A DNA stretch of 64,000 nucleotides from assembly GCA_046563655.1 (NCBI GenBank), contig CM102288.1, positions 4,526,001-4,590,000 on the forward strand, written 5' to 3'. This document shows positions 31,237 through 45,771 of this stretch, one piece after another. The notes under the pieces are model-generated. The model had not been told where the DNA came from. It saw only the letters and a program-made list of their open reading frames with translations, and ran no database searches. This stretch comes from Yuukianura sp. NJ FZ-2021 (Eukaryota). Position numbers and translations under genes: made by a program. Numbering within the stretch: position 1 is the stretch's first letter; every line of letters starts with the position of its first letter.

Positions 31237-32139
31237 ATGCATCGTTGGTTCAGTCCAGGAGTCTTGAAAAAACTGTCACTGCTGCATGGCATCGAAGCGG
31301 TGACGATTAACCCGACTTCAACAATGGCCATTCATACACTGCCGTTAAACAATTCTGTGGAACTGCGTCGGAAGTTATGGTTGGAACAATTTAAACCTGC
31401 AGCAGCTACAACCGCCGTCCCAGCACCTAGCCGTTTAATCAGCACTGGAACTTGCTACCAGAAACGAGTTGACCCAAACGTAAGTGACTTAAGAGAAAAA
31501 CGTCAAGGCATGTCATCTTCTACGATAGCTTTCCATATCAATTTATTTTATTGCACATTATTGTAAGTTGGGCTGTCATTTTTGATTTTTTTTTCTAATC
31601 GGGCAGGCAGAACAGGACGATTGGGTTCCGATGGCGAAAGGCGACAAAGTCGTGAAAGTTAGAGTTGCTACGACTAGACTTGACACAATCCTCAAAGCTG
31701 GACTGCAGATTTCTAAAAAGTGGGATCATATAACTATAACCCATAACTTAAACTTCACTTTTCAATCTCATCCACTGATTTTATGAGTAGCTAATTTTCA
31801 ACTTTGTATTTCAGTAAAATCATGAAAGCTTTCTACGACGATAGGATCAGGGTCAACGGAGAACGGCCGAGGAAGAAAAGTCAACAATTGGCAGAAGGGG
31901 ATGAAGTTGATCTCATTCGAAGTCAAAACAAAATTAACCCTCAATTCCTTGACGTAGCTCGGGTAGAAGTTGTCACCGTAAATGAAGAGGGAATGGGAAA
32001 TAACGATGAAGAAGAGACCTACGCCTCTGACGACGAGGAGAGTTCCGAAACCAAGATTCCTGTCGTTCTCAAACGGTACAAGAGCCTCACCATTGAAAAC
32101 TACGCTGATGAGTGGAAAGGCAGCGTCGAAGGGTCCTAA
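31237..32139 (+). CDS. MTRES1: Mitochondrial transcription rescue factor 1 (C6orf203-like, S4-like domain); exons 31237-31479, 31607-31719, 31815-32139
   Basis: Presequence-like N-terminus, then TRLDTILKAGLQISK.KI.KAFYDDRIRVNGER..KKS.QL.EGDEVDLI and VVLKRYKSL. Confidence 0.85.
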
Positions 32140-32730
32140 ATTCGATGAACATCAAACTCAAAAGTCGACATTTTTCATTCTTGGACCTTCAAACCCTTCA
32201 TACTTCAGCTGGAACTTCTTGACCTGAGTACTTATAGCTGTGACCCTGACTTCATGTTGCATTTACCACGTAAGTTTTTAATAATAAAAGATTGTTTGTC
32301 ATTGCAGCATAACTAAAACTTAATTTATTACGCAATTAACATTCTGTTTGGAAGACGCAGATGTTAATTTCAAAGGATTACGGAGGGAGTGAATCTGTTT
32401 TCTCTGCTGCGGGAAACTCGAAGCCAACCAGATTCAAAAGTGTAGTTGGTTTTTTTCATTTGTCATTTCGGTGAACGCGTGAAACAGAAAACATCAGGGT
32501 CAAAAGGTCATGTTTACTTTGTGAAGTTTGGCGTCTAGTCAAGTTCGTGCAAAATTAGCTTTTAGACTTTTAGTCATGTTAGTGGCACGATTGATCTCAA
32601 AAAGCCATGGAATATAAATTAATCGTAGGGAAAGGGATCAGGGAAAAGTGAAAAACTAAAAAACAAGTTGCAGAAGCCCTTAATTGAATTTTGCAGAATG
32701 ATTAATTTTCAGTTTTCATTGCTTAGGAAA

Positions 32731-35700
32731 ATGCCGTTTGTAAATAAGGGAGTTATGTGGCAATTAGGCATTGTGTTTTTAATGATTGATTCCACATATA
32801 GTTCTACTCAAAAGCAAAACGACAAAGATGTCAGATCTCCAAGTGTCACTACTGTAAGCTCCGAGTTGTCATCGGGCAACCCTGGTGCTGGAGGTCAATG
32901 TACTGGTAAGTGAATTGCCAAATAAAATTTAGCGAACTTAAAATAACTAAAGCTTATCTTTATAATTTTATGACTTCTTTGTTTAGAAAATTGTTTGACG
33001 CTGAACTTGACGAACACCCTCGCTCCAAGATGTCCAACACTCCAGCAAGCCTTTTTGGTCAATTTCTTACCGAATGGAAATGGCGACATCGACGCAGGAG
33101 TAACAAGAAAGTTAGCGAGTGCTAACCTCATTGATAGCTGCGTTTCCACGTGTTGTGACCTTGACATTTGTAATTTTGCTATTTTCTCAAACTCCACTTG
33201 TCAACTCGTAAGTTTCAAAAATCTACAAACTCTAAAATCTTTAATCTTGACCTCACCTCACGGAGAAGCTTAAATAAGTTGATTTTTGGTTGTTTTCCTT
33301 TGCAGTTTTTCTGTACTAATGGTGTGGATGCCTGTATGCCTAAAGCTGTTTCAACGCAGAACCAAACTCAGACTGACCTCCAGCTCGTTCTCGTTCGACC
33401 TCCAGTTGAGAACAAGCGTGAAAATTCTAGTTGTGAAACCGGTGCTGCTACTGAATGTAGACAAAACGAAGACTGCTTTCCCAAAAATACGAGAGCACGC
33501 AACGGATACTGCGGATGTAAGCAGGAGCCGGATGGATTCATTTTCAATTCGGAGGGCGTTTGTACTGCAATTCCAACCGAACAGGCGCTGGAAACAGCTC
33601 GAACCAAACTTGGTAGGAAAATATGAACGACTATGTAAACTAAAGTATTGATTGAAATTTGTTCATTCGTAGAATCCACTGAAATTCCAGCGGCGTCTAA
33701 CCCCACACCACCGACGATCAAGACCTTAGAAGTGTCAGTTGCATCGAAAAACGTGACTCTCCCGGAAGATTCAGTTGTGCTCTACGCCTACACTGTACCC
33801 GAGAGCCTCCCAGGTACATTTTTAAAAAATAATTTTGAATTCAGTTGAATCGTTTCCAAATTGTATTTTTTTGAAGATCATCCTTACTCTTATGAATGGA
33901 AGCTTATTGCACATCCCGACAAAGATCCAGCAGTGACCGAAGGTCAAACGACCTCCAGTCTGCACCTCACGAGACTCATCCAAGGAACTTACGTCTTTCA
34001 AGTGACTGTCAAGAGTCCGGATGCTACGAGTACTGGAGCAGCCAATGTCACCATCAATGTCAACCCAGGTTAACACAAGAATATACCAAGATTTTTGGAA
34101 TTCATTTTCAGTTTTTGATGTTTTACTGTTCATTTTTTTAATAGCGAAACGAACCAACCAGATTCCATCCGTAGTGATTTCTCCACCGGATCAAACGATT
34201 CAGATGCCCACAAACAGTGCCGTGTTGGATGGAACTTCGTCAACTGACGATGATAAAATAGTGTCATACAAATGGGAACTCCAGAAAGGGCCTATAAACT
34301 ATGCCTTTGCCAGTGAACAAAAGAATTCACCTACACTGCAAATCAACGACCTTGTGCCTGGGAACTACACTTTCAAACTGACAGTGGAAGATGCCGATGG
34401 AGCCACGAACGCCACCACGGCCAATGTCACTGTCATGAAAGAAATGGACTATCCACCAGTTGCCAACGCTGGAAAAGTAATGCCATCAAAACTTTAATTA
34501 ACAATTTTGTGGAACTTTAATTACCAATGTGGCTACTTTTAATTGTGGTTAATTTGTAGGATGCCATAATTTACTTGCCAGAAACAGAGGTAAAGGATGA
34601 CATTCCTTTCGATGCTAGTTTAACCTACGCAATTACCCCAATTGTTTGAAATTTTGATTTGTAAAAGTTTTTTCCTAATTCAGGTGACACTGAACGGAAA
34701 TGCAAGTACAGATGACAAGAAGATTGTGTTGTGGGAATGGAAAGCAGTGGGAGACGCCAAGAAGGCCGTTGACATGCAGGTCAGTTTTGAAAACAATATT
34801 TGTGGAGAAAGTTTAAATTGGAGATTTTTTAATTTGTTCTCTTTTTTAAATTAGGACACACATACTCCGTATTTAAAACTGTCCGGACTGGAAGAGGGAT
34901 TATACCAGTTTCAATTGACCGTAACCGACGAATCTGGTCAAGTTTCGACTCCTTCCATTGTCCACGTCTTTGTCAAAAAACCAACTGGGAATCCACCGAA
35001 AGGTTAGGGCAATAAAAATTAAATTCTCAAGTAATTAAAACTGATTCAATACTTAACTGGACGGACAATTTTTGTTCTAAACTGATTTTTTATGCGAATT
35101 TTATTCAGCTGAGGCTGGAGTTGACCAAGCTATAGCCTTACCTCTGGTAATAACATCGTGTTTTCAAAGTTTTGCTAAATTATTGAAGAAAGAATGTAAA
35201 GTACAATAGTTTTGGTTTTTTTCAGACTTGGGTAATTCTGGATGGCTCTGGAAGCAAAGCTGATGGAAAAATTGCAAAATGGGAATGGACGGAAGTTAGG
35301 TAAGCATCCAACACATTTTTTACTTAAATCAGTTTTAACCTGGTATATTTTTAACAAATTGAATGTTGGATACAGTGGTCCGAACAACGTGACCTGGATT
35401 GGTAACCAAGAAGCAAAAGTCAATGTCACTGGCCTCACGAAAGGGGAGTATGTGTTTCAATTGGCAATTGAAGATGATGCGAAGTTGACTGCCAACGATA
35501 CCGTCAACGTCACCGTGACTCAAAGTACGAAAAATCTTGAATTTATCTGCATTTGAAATAATTTAACCAGTTTGATGTTTGGAAACTGAATGTTTAGAAA
35601 CAAATGAACCTCCGAAAGCAAACGCTGGAAAGGACATCAGCGTGACGCTGCCATTGTCGCTTGTTGTTCTGGACGGATCCGAATCGACTGATGATGTTGG

Positions 35701-37302
35701 AATCACGGAGTGGAAGTGGGAACGACAAGGTGAATCCGTTGCTTCTGGAACTGTTTTGGGAAACTCCGACGTCACTGCAAAGCTACAAGTGAGAATTTCG
35801 TTTTTTCAAAATACCGGTGAAAAGTGTGTTTTTTCCAAAGTGTCTAAAAGTCGATATTTTCAGTTGACCAACTTTGTTCCGGGGAAATACATTTTCAAGT
35901 TGACGGTGAAGGACGAACAAGGATTGAGTGACGAAGACTTGGTCACTTTACTTGTAGTGGAAGGTAAGAACTAAAAGATTCTACATTCTATTTGCATATT
36001 CTATAATTTTAGGTAAGATTTTTAATTGAACTCGATTTTTTTTGAAGATCCACTCAAGAAGAGCTTGATTGAGGTTGTTTTGGGTGTGAAATTTCCAAAA
36101 TTGCTGGAAAGTGACAAGGAAAGATTTCTTCAAAAAATGGGCCTATTAGTTCATGATACTCGTCTCATCTTCCATCATATTGCACCACAATTTAATTCAG
36201 GTGACATTTGACATTTACAGGTTGCGTTCCATAGCTATTTTGATATTTTGGAGCTTATGAGTTTTGTGCAGAGAAAGATTTTCGAGCACTCTCAACCTTT
36301 AAACATTTTTTTTTCTTATAGAATTTTCAGTAATTTATTTGTATGGCGTTAATGCTAAGAACGAAACGCGTGAACCTTTGGAACTTTCAACGGAACTGCG
36401 TGACAAACTTCGACGAGATGTCGGCCTTCTGGACTTTCCTGTGGAGTCCATTGATACTCTGCTGTGTCTAAATCCTTGTTCAGGTGAGTTGACTTTGTTG
36501 CATGAAATCGAAATTTGGATTTTTGGAATTTGGAATATTTCAAAATTTTGTTTTAGGTCATGGAACTTGTCAAGACTTTTCTTCTGGGCGTGAATGTGTC
36601 TGTGATCCATTCTGGATGCAGAGTTACATCAAACGCCATTTTGGAAATGGAGATCGAAATTGTGGTAAGAAAAGATTATAGATTTCAAATTCTTTTGGTA
36701 AAGTTGTTGAAGTTTTAATTTTGTGTTAAATTTTGCAGACTGGAGTAAAATTTATGTCGGTGTGGTTGCCTGTCTTCTTCTGCTGATGAACATGTTAATT
36801 GTGTGGAGCCTCGTGTTTTTGTATCGCAGAAATTCACGTCGAATTCGTTCAACTTTTGGCGCTAAATTAGAATCTAGCTACTTAAATGGATCCGTGCGAA
36901 ACGGATCGAAGCGACATCACGGTGGGCAGTCTGGTGGCGCCAGTATCAACAGTTCTAGTCATAAAAACAAGCACTACGCTCTCATCGAAGAGGAAGACGA
37001 GATTGAGATTGAGATGGAAAGCAGAGGTGAGTCATATCGAAATCAATTGTTAAGTTAATTAGTTTTCAATTTTCAATTAACTTAAGATTGAAAATTTTAA
37101 TTCAGGGGATCCGTCAGATGAAGATTCGGATTCAGATGAATCGTTGATTTTTGAGCGTGGGAAGGAACCGGGGTCAAAGAGTGTTTCGATGAGTTTGCTC
37201 AGGCATCCAACTCATCAACAATCAGCTTCAGCCCCATCATCAGCTCTTCCTCGCAATGGAATTCTGAAGAAGCCCCGCCAAGGAGGCGGAGTAAACGCTT
37301 GA
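32731..37302 (+). CDS. KIAA0319L: KIAA0319/KIAA0319L (AAV receptor-like) type I membrane protein with PKD repeats, ~20 short exons
   Basis: Signal peptide, Cys-rich MANEC-like region (SCVSTCCDLDICN), five PKD repeats (LDGTSSTDDDKIVSYKWE, PPVANAG, LDGSESTDD), EGF-like C..CSGHG.C..CDPFWM, NCDWS, TM helix, acidic tail and C-terminal PRNG. Confidence 0.92.
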
Positions 37303-38672
37303 ACCACCGGAGCCACCAACTTCCCCACCGACACTTCAATGAAACACACGCTGAAAATCCACCACCAAATCGACTGCACAATGTTCACTGGATGCTCATC
37401 GACTTTTCAAAGTTGGAATTGCTAACTTGGAACTTTGGGTTGAGTGAAGAAAAGATAATGATAGGAATTAAGGTTAGTGAATTATGGATGATTAATTATA
37501 GAGCAAAGTGTGGAGGTGGCTTACGTAAGAAAACGTGTGCCTAACTTAATAGTTACTTCTTCCGTCACTCTCTCTCTTCTACATTACATGACCTTTCGCT
37601 TTTCTAAGAAAAACCAAAACAAACGGAACCTGTTATTATTTCACTTTGATGAGTTTTACCGCGCAATTATAACTCCAATATTTTTAATTTTACGAAATTA
37701 GTAGTTTTGATTGAAAACATACTTCTTGTTTTTCTGGTTTAGTTGGATATTATTTAAATAAAACAACAATAATTTGAAAACAATCCTGAAAAAGTCAAAA
37801 ATTGGCAGTAAAAATCAAAATTTTAATTCAGGTTATTTTGTTGAACTACTGAAAACATTGTCTGACCGCTTGACCCAGTGTGATGGTTATCTTGACCCGG
37901 GATTTTAATTTAACTCAATTAAATTGGTTTACTAATTATCGTGAATGGACCATTTTTAACTTTAGTTTTAAAAAAACTTATTAGTTTTGACTTTTGAAAC
38001 TTGATTAAAATTAATGATGGGATATTCTACTTGTTACGACAAAAATTTTGGGTAAAACGATTTCTATTTTAAAAATTTTAGAAAAATTTATTGTTTTACT
38101 CTACATTGTATTGTATTGAGTGAAAAATTTTAGTAGGTGGAAAGTAGCACTTCAGCCAAAAAGAAATTCAAGGCGAATCGCATTCGCAGATTTTTTTTTA
38201 ACGTGGAGTGACTCATCTGTGGAGCAAAAAACGAAATCAAGGGCAGTACAGATTCATTTCGACGAAAAACGATTTCAAACTTTCAAATTCTCTCTTTAGT
38301 GTTCAAGCAAAGTAATCCAAGCATAACTGTTTCTGCTTCTGCTTCGTGTAGTCGATTCACCTTTCGGGAGAAAATTTTGTTGAAAACTTTGCAAAATTTT
38401 CTAGAAAAAAATTACGTTAAAAGTTTCCAAAGTTTGGTGAGTTTTGGTAGGAATTAACGTTAAAGGCATCATGAAAATACTTTGTGTTAATTCTCCGCTT
38501 TCTAGGATTAAATCAAATCATTCACTGGTAAGTTCAAGCTAATTTTTAAGTTTTAAAATTATTTGACCAAAATTCACCGTGTCAAAATTTTGTTTTCTAA
38601 GGCCTAACTTTTCCGTTTCCTTTTCAGTTATTCTCGTTTGATAGGAAAAAGTGAAAGGTCAAGGTCACGAAA

Positions 38673-39414
38673 ATGGACATTTCTAAGACAGCCGCTGCTG
38701 GAGAGGTCATTGCCACTTTCAAACTGGTATTAGTTGGGGATGGTGGAACAGGAAAAACTACATTTGTCAAGAGACATCTCACTGGAGAATTCGAGAAAAA
38801 ATATGAAGCTACGATGGGCGTGGAAGTTCGACCTTTGACCTTCAGCACCACGCGAGGACTCATCAATTTCCAGATCTGGGACACCGCTGGACAAGAAAAA
38901 TTTGGAAGTCTTCGAGACTGTTACTACATTGGGGTATATGGCTACGCAATGATTTAGGTCAACACTTTACGATTTAAGGCGGGAACTAAAACGTTTTTCA
39001 AAATTTCAGGCGAATTGTGCTATCATTCTATTTGACGTAACGAGCCGCGCTACGTACAAGAACGTGGTCAACTGGCACCGTGACCTCGTCCGTGTCGCTG
39101 ACACAGTCCCTATCGTCCTCTGCGGCAACAAAGTTGACATTAAGGATCGAAAGGTCACGGCAAAATCAATCACTTTTCACCGCAAGAAGAACTTGCAGTA
39201 CTACGACATCAGTGCCAAGAGCAACTACAACTATGAGAAACCGTTTCTTTGGCTCATGCGCAAACTCATTGGGGACAATGCGCTGGAATTGGTGGCAATG
39301 CCTACACTGACCCCTCCAGAAATAACTTTGGACGCAGCTACACTGGCGAGGTTGGAGCAAGAAGTACGAGACGCCGTCAACATTCCGCTTCCTGATGACG
39401 ATGAAGACCTTTAA
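38673..39414 (+). CDS. Ran: Divergent Ran GTPase (exons 38673-38933, 39011-39414)
   Basis: [62 protein letters not shown] and the acidic tail LPDDDEDL. Many substitutions relative to canonical Ran. Confidence 0.93.
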
Positions 39415-39999
39415 ATTCTTTGTTCAACTTTTGTTTGAATTTAAAACAAAAAGTTAAAAAATAAATTCTTAAAAACTGACTTCAAACTTTACTTTGGCCA
39501 AATCCATGAAAGTAAATTACAGATTGCCGTGATTTGAACTTTCAAGTTTTTGCAGAACAATTCGGAATGAAATTTTCATTTGACGTTTCACATGGTTCAG
39601 ATGGTACGAGGTCAACAACGTTTGCTTTATTTCTTGAAATTTTCATCATGCAGAGGAAAAACGTTGCTCGACTAGGCTAACCGTACATCCGGAAGTAATA
39701 ATTCAGATAATTCAGAGGTTTAGTCAGTCCCACAAAGTTGTGGACATGATTTTCAGGTTTTTAGATTTCGCAATCGTCCTAGCAACCGTAGTGGCTACCG
39801 CAGCTTCAAACTGTTGATTTTAAATTTGTATGCCGCTCGATGGTCGTGTCTCTGCTGTGGACGCGAGTAAGTTCATGTCTAAGCGACCATCATAGTGGCA
39901 GCTTCACAAGGAAACCCGAAAAACAATACTAGCGTCCAATTCAAAGCTGCTAAAAATACCGCTTTCGATCGGTACCGAAACACACCGAAAATTTGAAAT

Positions 40000-41929
40000 A
40001 TGGAAGGACAAGGCGATATGGACGTGGAAATAGCAACACAGCACAAAGTTTCGATTCAAAACATTCCAGAAGAGGTGAGTTTTGCATTAGGCAAACGAAT
40101 TTACGAGCTTTCTCTTTTTTTACATTCTTTTTTTTTGTAGGCTTTCTCTGAAATACTTTCGTTCCTTCCGGCCAAGGACATTATGACATGCCGTCTCGTT
40201 AGTCGCAGTTGGAGAGACGACCTAGCCATTCAGAAGTTCCTGCGTGAAAGTCACAAGTCCATTCACTTCCGCAGAGTCACAGACATCAAGTACTTCGAAT
40301 GGCTCATGCGCACTACTCCAGGAACCAGAATTCCGTTTTCCAAGTTTACGTTCCATGTTGACCAAGACATTGCTCCAATCGATATTGAGAATTTCATGAA
40401 CAGCTCAAATGAACGCACAGGACTTGCTTTCGAGTTCAAAGTTAAGAAGCATGTGACCTTTCGACCTCTGGAGTGGAATATGGAAAGTAGTCCATTCTGG
40501 GGCATAGATGACTATGCCGCGTCAGTCCACAAAGTGCTTCTGCGCACTTCAAACCTAACATCTCTATCACTCATCGTTGACTACCAATCGGAATTTCCTG
40601 TCTCGGATGACACAAGCTACATTCAAGCATTTCGAAACCTACGAAAGTTCAAGGTCAAATTTCTTCTGGTCGATTATGCCTCTGTACTTCTGCAACGGGA
40701 AGATGCTGCTGACCAGGAAATCACACTGTTTGAAAAAGTGATAAAATATTCTCCTCGTCTAAAAGTGCTGTCGCTACTTTACTATCCTTATTTCTGCCGA
40801 GTCGACTACGATTATCCTGACATGCCAGTGGATCGTATGGGTATTGCACTTGCCAACTACGCTGACTACACAATGCGGACAAGATATTTACGAAAACTTC
40901 CAGATTTTCTAAGCCTTCTGCGCTCGCGTTCAACAAAAGTCAAACTTCGGCTGGGAATTGTCACCGATAGATTTCAAGATGTTTGGAATCGCCTCGTAGC
41001 CTTGATTCCACAACCCAGAATTGTCGCTCTTGCCATTTCACTTCCGACTGAACTTGACACGACACTGAGAACTTCAATTTGGAATGGAATTCAAACTTTG
41101 CCTCTGGTGAAACTCAAGTTCTTTGAAGACCGCCCTCACTACGACGACATCCCAGCGTTACCGACAGCCACTTTCCAAAATCTGCGCCAACTACGCTTGA
41201 CCAGTGTCCAAAACATTACGTCAAACGGAGGGCGCTTATTGTTTCCAAACTTGAAGAAACTGAGTGTGTGTTTAAGCGACACTGAAGACGATGGTCGCGC
41301 TGTTCATCCAGATTTTGATGGATTTTGTTCCTTGGTTGCTGGTGTGCCTCGGCTGGAACATCTCAAGCTAACTGGAAATCCATGGGAGGTCGTGACAGGC
41401 CAGCCGTACAGTATCGAATTGTGTGAAGTAGTTCAGGACTACGTAGTTGACCTGGTCGACCTCAAGCATTTGGAAGACAGAGTAACCGGCATAACCAAAA
41501 ACCCGATTCGGGAACTTAAAAGTAAGTTTCCGCCATAATGCTATTGGATCTAAATGCATTTGACACAAATTCCTTAGTTTTACATCTAAACGTACAACGG
41601 AAGTGTAACAACTGAATTTTTAGATTTGAAGTCCCTCGAGCTGAAGCTGACACCAGACGACATGTATTGCGTTCTGTTTGCATCCGTGACTGGCAGGCTC
41701 CAACGTCTGTCCCACATTATTTTTGCGAAGCACGACGATGACCTTACACACGTAAATTATGAGCATTTCGATTTTTTTAAATTCTAACATGAGGAATAAT
41801 AATATTTGTTAGTGTGTTTACCAGGATGGAATTACGCGTCACCCTTCTGAGTTAGATGGAAGTGCTGCTGCCAGCATAATCCGCAACTATCATGACAAAA
41901 TTAGCTTCCTTAGCGGACACAAGATATAA
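40000..41929 (+). CDS. F-box / LRR-like protein (exons 40000-40074, 40141-41521, 41624-41751, 41825-41929)
   Basis: F-box IQNIPEE|AFSEILSFLPAKDIMTCRLVSRSWR, followed by degenerate LRRs (NLTSLSL, NLRKFKV, NLRQLRL, NLKKLSV, RLEHLKL). The 3' end is less certain. Confidence 0.85.
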
Positions 41930-43625
41930 ATTGTTTCCGGTTTCTGGAACACTACCAAACGAATTTCGAATGTTGCAATAATAGAAGTACTCAAATGCTA
42001 AATTGAAACGGAGATTTTGCGTAAAGTATTTTTGCTAATTTCATGAAAGCCATAAATACAAATACAAATGCAAATAAACGTAAATCTATAATAAAAAATA
42101 GAAACTTATACTTTAAAATCATATAACGTTCATTTTATAAACATGAAAACTCAGCAGAATTTTTGAATTTTATTATTGAAATATTTCCTGGAAAAGAAAA
42201 ACTCATCCAAGGCCGATGGACTGTGGAATTGAAATTATCATGTCTGTTGATCCAGCTAAACTCTTATGCTATTTTCTGTTTTTTGAATTAGTAAACAGTC
42301 CCACCATGATCATTATCCTCTTCAGCCGCCGCCCCACCTCCGGTGGAACACCCAAGCACTTACTTCTTAAGTTCATAAATTTTCAAAACCACAAGAAAAC
42401 TACTAAAAAAGCACTTTAAGCCCACACGCTTTCCACTCTTGCCATTATTATTCTCATTCATTTTTTAAAAACTTTTCAATTTCAAAAAATCAACATGTTT
42501 CGATTTTTTTTCCAGAAAAAATTGCAAACACGGAAAATTAAAAAACTTGCCAACTTAGTACAAAAGGTTTCCTTTTCGACGCTTTTTAAATTACTTCCGA
42601 TCCTCCAATCTACTGATTTTTTTTTATTTTCACCAGTTTTCAAAAATTTGAAAACTTCGCCTCAACTTACTGTTGCAAAGCATGTCGTCATTCCTTTCAA
42701 AACTTTCAAATTAACTTTGGAAATAAATGACGAAGGCAGTGAGTTAATGACATCATGGATTTCACCGTGTAGCCAACCGGAACATGTCCATGAATTCGTG
42801 TCACTTTGCCATTTTTGTTGAGTTTGCCATGTCATGTCTCCCGGGTTCTGAAAATGACAGGTTACGTGCTGTAGTGTCGTATAATTTTGAGTAATTGTCC
42901 ACTGTCAGAATGTCATATTTGAACATAGGTTTTGTGTGTTCAAATATGTCCAAAAAGCACCTGCCTGTCAACTTCCCATTCCTTTTTAGGCAGGAAAAAC
43001 AGAAATCAATCGAATCGATTCTTAGATTGCATACAGGAGAAAAAGGTTTCGTGTGGGCATTAAAAAATGGTGGCTTCTGATTGGTCCGTTCCAACTTTCC
43101 ATGCATACCAAATGAGCTTTCACCCAAGTAAGAAGCTAAACTAAAGGCGAAGCGGTGAAAGTCCTCCAGGACAAAGACAGTTTACCAATTTCTGTCTAGA
43201 AAAAACACTCCACTTTCAGTTTGTGTTTCGGTGGACCAACAACAGTAAAAAACATACTTCGCAGTTTAAAAAAAACTGTTTCGAACCCGCCGAAAAGAAA
43301 TTTACGGCGTAAAATTCCTTAATTCAGACCCGCCCTCTTGAAAAGTCAAACACAGAAGGTCACGTGACGGATTTTGATTGGACGAAATTGTCATGAACAG
43401 TGTTGGCTGTGTTGACGTGACCTCGGGTGACCTCATTTCTTGTTCAAACTTTCGTGATTCCGTTTTGCCCCAGTTCTGGTTCCAATTTTGAAAAGTACTT
43501 GACTTTTTTAAACATGACGACGGGTGACCTGGATTGAAAAACTTTTGGAATTTGGGTGGCTTCAGGCGAAGCATGTTCGTGATGGAGGAATCCGAGTGAC
43601 ATATTTTCTGAAACGCTGCTCCAGA

Positions 43626-45408
43626 ATGTCTTGGTTTAAAATGTCGCGGAGTGTGGTTGTCCTTGGAGCAGTTCTGCTCAGTATCCTGGAGACGGTACGC
43701 GGAGAGGCACATTGTAGCAAGCGACGGTACGATGGGATCCGGTTTAGTGACGGATCCATGCGGGCATTCAACCAAAACCTGCGATGTGACGCCTTGTACC
43801 AATGGACTGTGAATGAGTACTGCTGTTACGACAACTACGACGCAGCATTGAGCCGCCCATTTTGTTGCCACTCGGAGACGTACAAGCTCCTTGTCGCAGT
43901 TGGCATCATCTGCGCCATGGTTCTATCTGCGTCACTCTGCATGTTCCTATGTTGGTGCTACAATTTGCCACACCTTCTTCTCAAGGTTCTAACCTGTGGG
44001 AAGTTCAGTTTGTAAGAGAAAAATCAATTTTAAAAAGACTGTTTTAAAAAAGTTTCAAAAATTCATGACGTCTTCCTCTTTTCCAAAAACAATCGGCTAA
44101 TTAATAATAAAGTAGAAAAATTTAATATCATAAAGTAGCGAAAGGAAAACATGAAAAGGGCAGTGCATAGCTTTCTTTTGTGATAAATTTTTGAAACGAA
44201 AGCATTTTAAGTTGTAGAATTGTTGTTTTAAATTTTTTTTTTAATTTTCTTAGGAATGACTATATGAAAAAGACAAAAATGAACGGACCTTACGTCGATC
44301 CGAGTTTCTACGCAGGCGAACCGTTTTGGACGAGCGAAGGATCCGAATTTTCGCATTACCCGCTTCGCCCGATGCCCCCACGCATCTTCTACCCGGTTCC
44401 AGCCAAAATGGATCTGCGCCGATGGTCCAATCAGCGTCAGTACAACAACGGACAAACTCCGCTCTTTGTCCTCGCGAGTCGTCAGTTTACTCGGAATCCC
44501 TATTCGGCTCGGCCTAACGACCGCGGATCGGCCTCTTCAAGCATCAGGTACGACCTGGAGGTTTTTCAAAATTTTAAAATTTTCAAAAAATTGTAAAACT
44601 TGAATTTGGAACAGTGGTCCTTCTGGGATGCACGATGGGGGTGGAGTCAACTCCAGCCGCCGCTCAAGTACTAGTTCCTGTGCCCACTACGACGCTCACC
44701 GATTCCACCCGACTTCATTCGGTTTCAAAGTTCACATCGGTAGGAACTTCGTTAATTAATCAAATGCTTCTTCACAACAACTCAATTATTTACTCAAAAT
44801 CCGCCAAGTTCTTGTCCTTGTTTTAAAAATTCATTTTTTAAAAATCTACTTTAGATGAAGTAGATGCTGCCAGTGAGCTGCTCGAAGCCCTAAAATGCTT
44901 GGACGAAAAAGACAAAAACTTCTCAATTCCAAAAGTCAAGGAAGAGACGGAACTGGATCTTGAAAATGAAAATGAAACGGTATCCGAGCAGTATCGTGAC
45001 ACCCGAAGGAATCCGAATCGTCCGAAGCACACTCCGAGACCTGCCGAGGTCACGCCAGCTCCACCGCCTGTGATCGTTGCCACTCACAAGGTCAGACCAC
45101 CACCACCTCCGCCTCAGATGTTAGATGTGTCGAAGCTAACTGGAGTACAGGGTCAGAGAACGTTGTCAGGAACGTCATTTCGTCGTCACCTCGTGAGAGG
45201 CGCTAGTATTGACTCCGCCCCTAGCTCCACCTCTACTCTACTGGAGTCAATCAGTGAAGAACGTTCTGCAATGCGATCAGTTAACACTCATCAACATGAC
45301 GACGAACCCCCTACTTACTCAAATTCTCTTCTGCCCGGGTACATTCCGGAAGAAATGGAGCCTGACCTACTACAAGACAAAGCTAGAAAAAGTATCAGCA
45401 CGGCTTAA
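43626..45408 (+). CDS. Shisa-like single-pass membrane protein with Pro-rich tail and PPxY (exons 43626-44011, 44254-44547, 44615-44740, 44855-45408)
   Basis: Signal peptide, Cys-rich ectodomain (C..C..CC..CC), TM helix and juxtamembrane CWC. The donor TT|GTAAGA at 44012 joins in frame to the downstream ORFs, which carry PPPPPP and EPPTY. Confidence 0.75.
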
Positions 45409-45771
45409 GAACTGGTTAATTGTTAGCGGAATTAACAAAATGCACCTAATTGAACAATCGGTCTAAAAAGTTGATTTACAAAGAGTTAGCAAATCTTGAC
45501 CCTAAGTTTAGTTACACCAAAACTTAATTAAGTTGCAAATGCATACTATCCCAAAGTGTAATTTATTAGGAAGGTTAAGTGTCAAATTCAAATGTGATAC
45601 TCGCAGGATGATACTGCAAAAGTATAATAGTTCCGGAACAATCGGCAATTAGTAATTGAAACGTTAGAATATTTCACAGGGAGTAACATTCAAAAGCATC
45701 AGCACAGTAATATCTTTCTTACTAAGACAAGAGGCTACTTAATAAACTACTAAAGTACTAATTAACTTTTG

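Noticed and set aside
43302..43871. 189-aa minus-strand ORF with a hydrophobic start
   Set aside because: Shadow of the Shisa-like exon; alternative start codon and no supporting gene structure.
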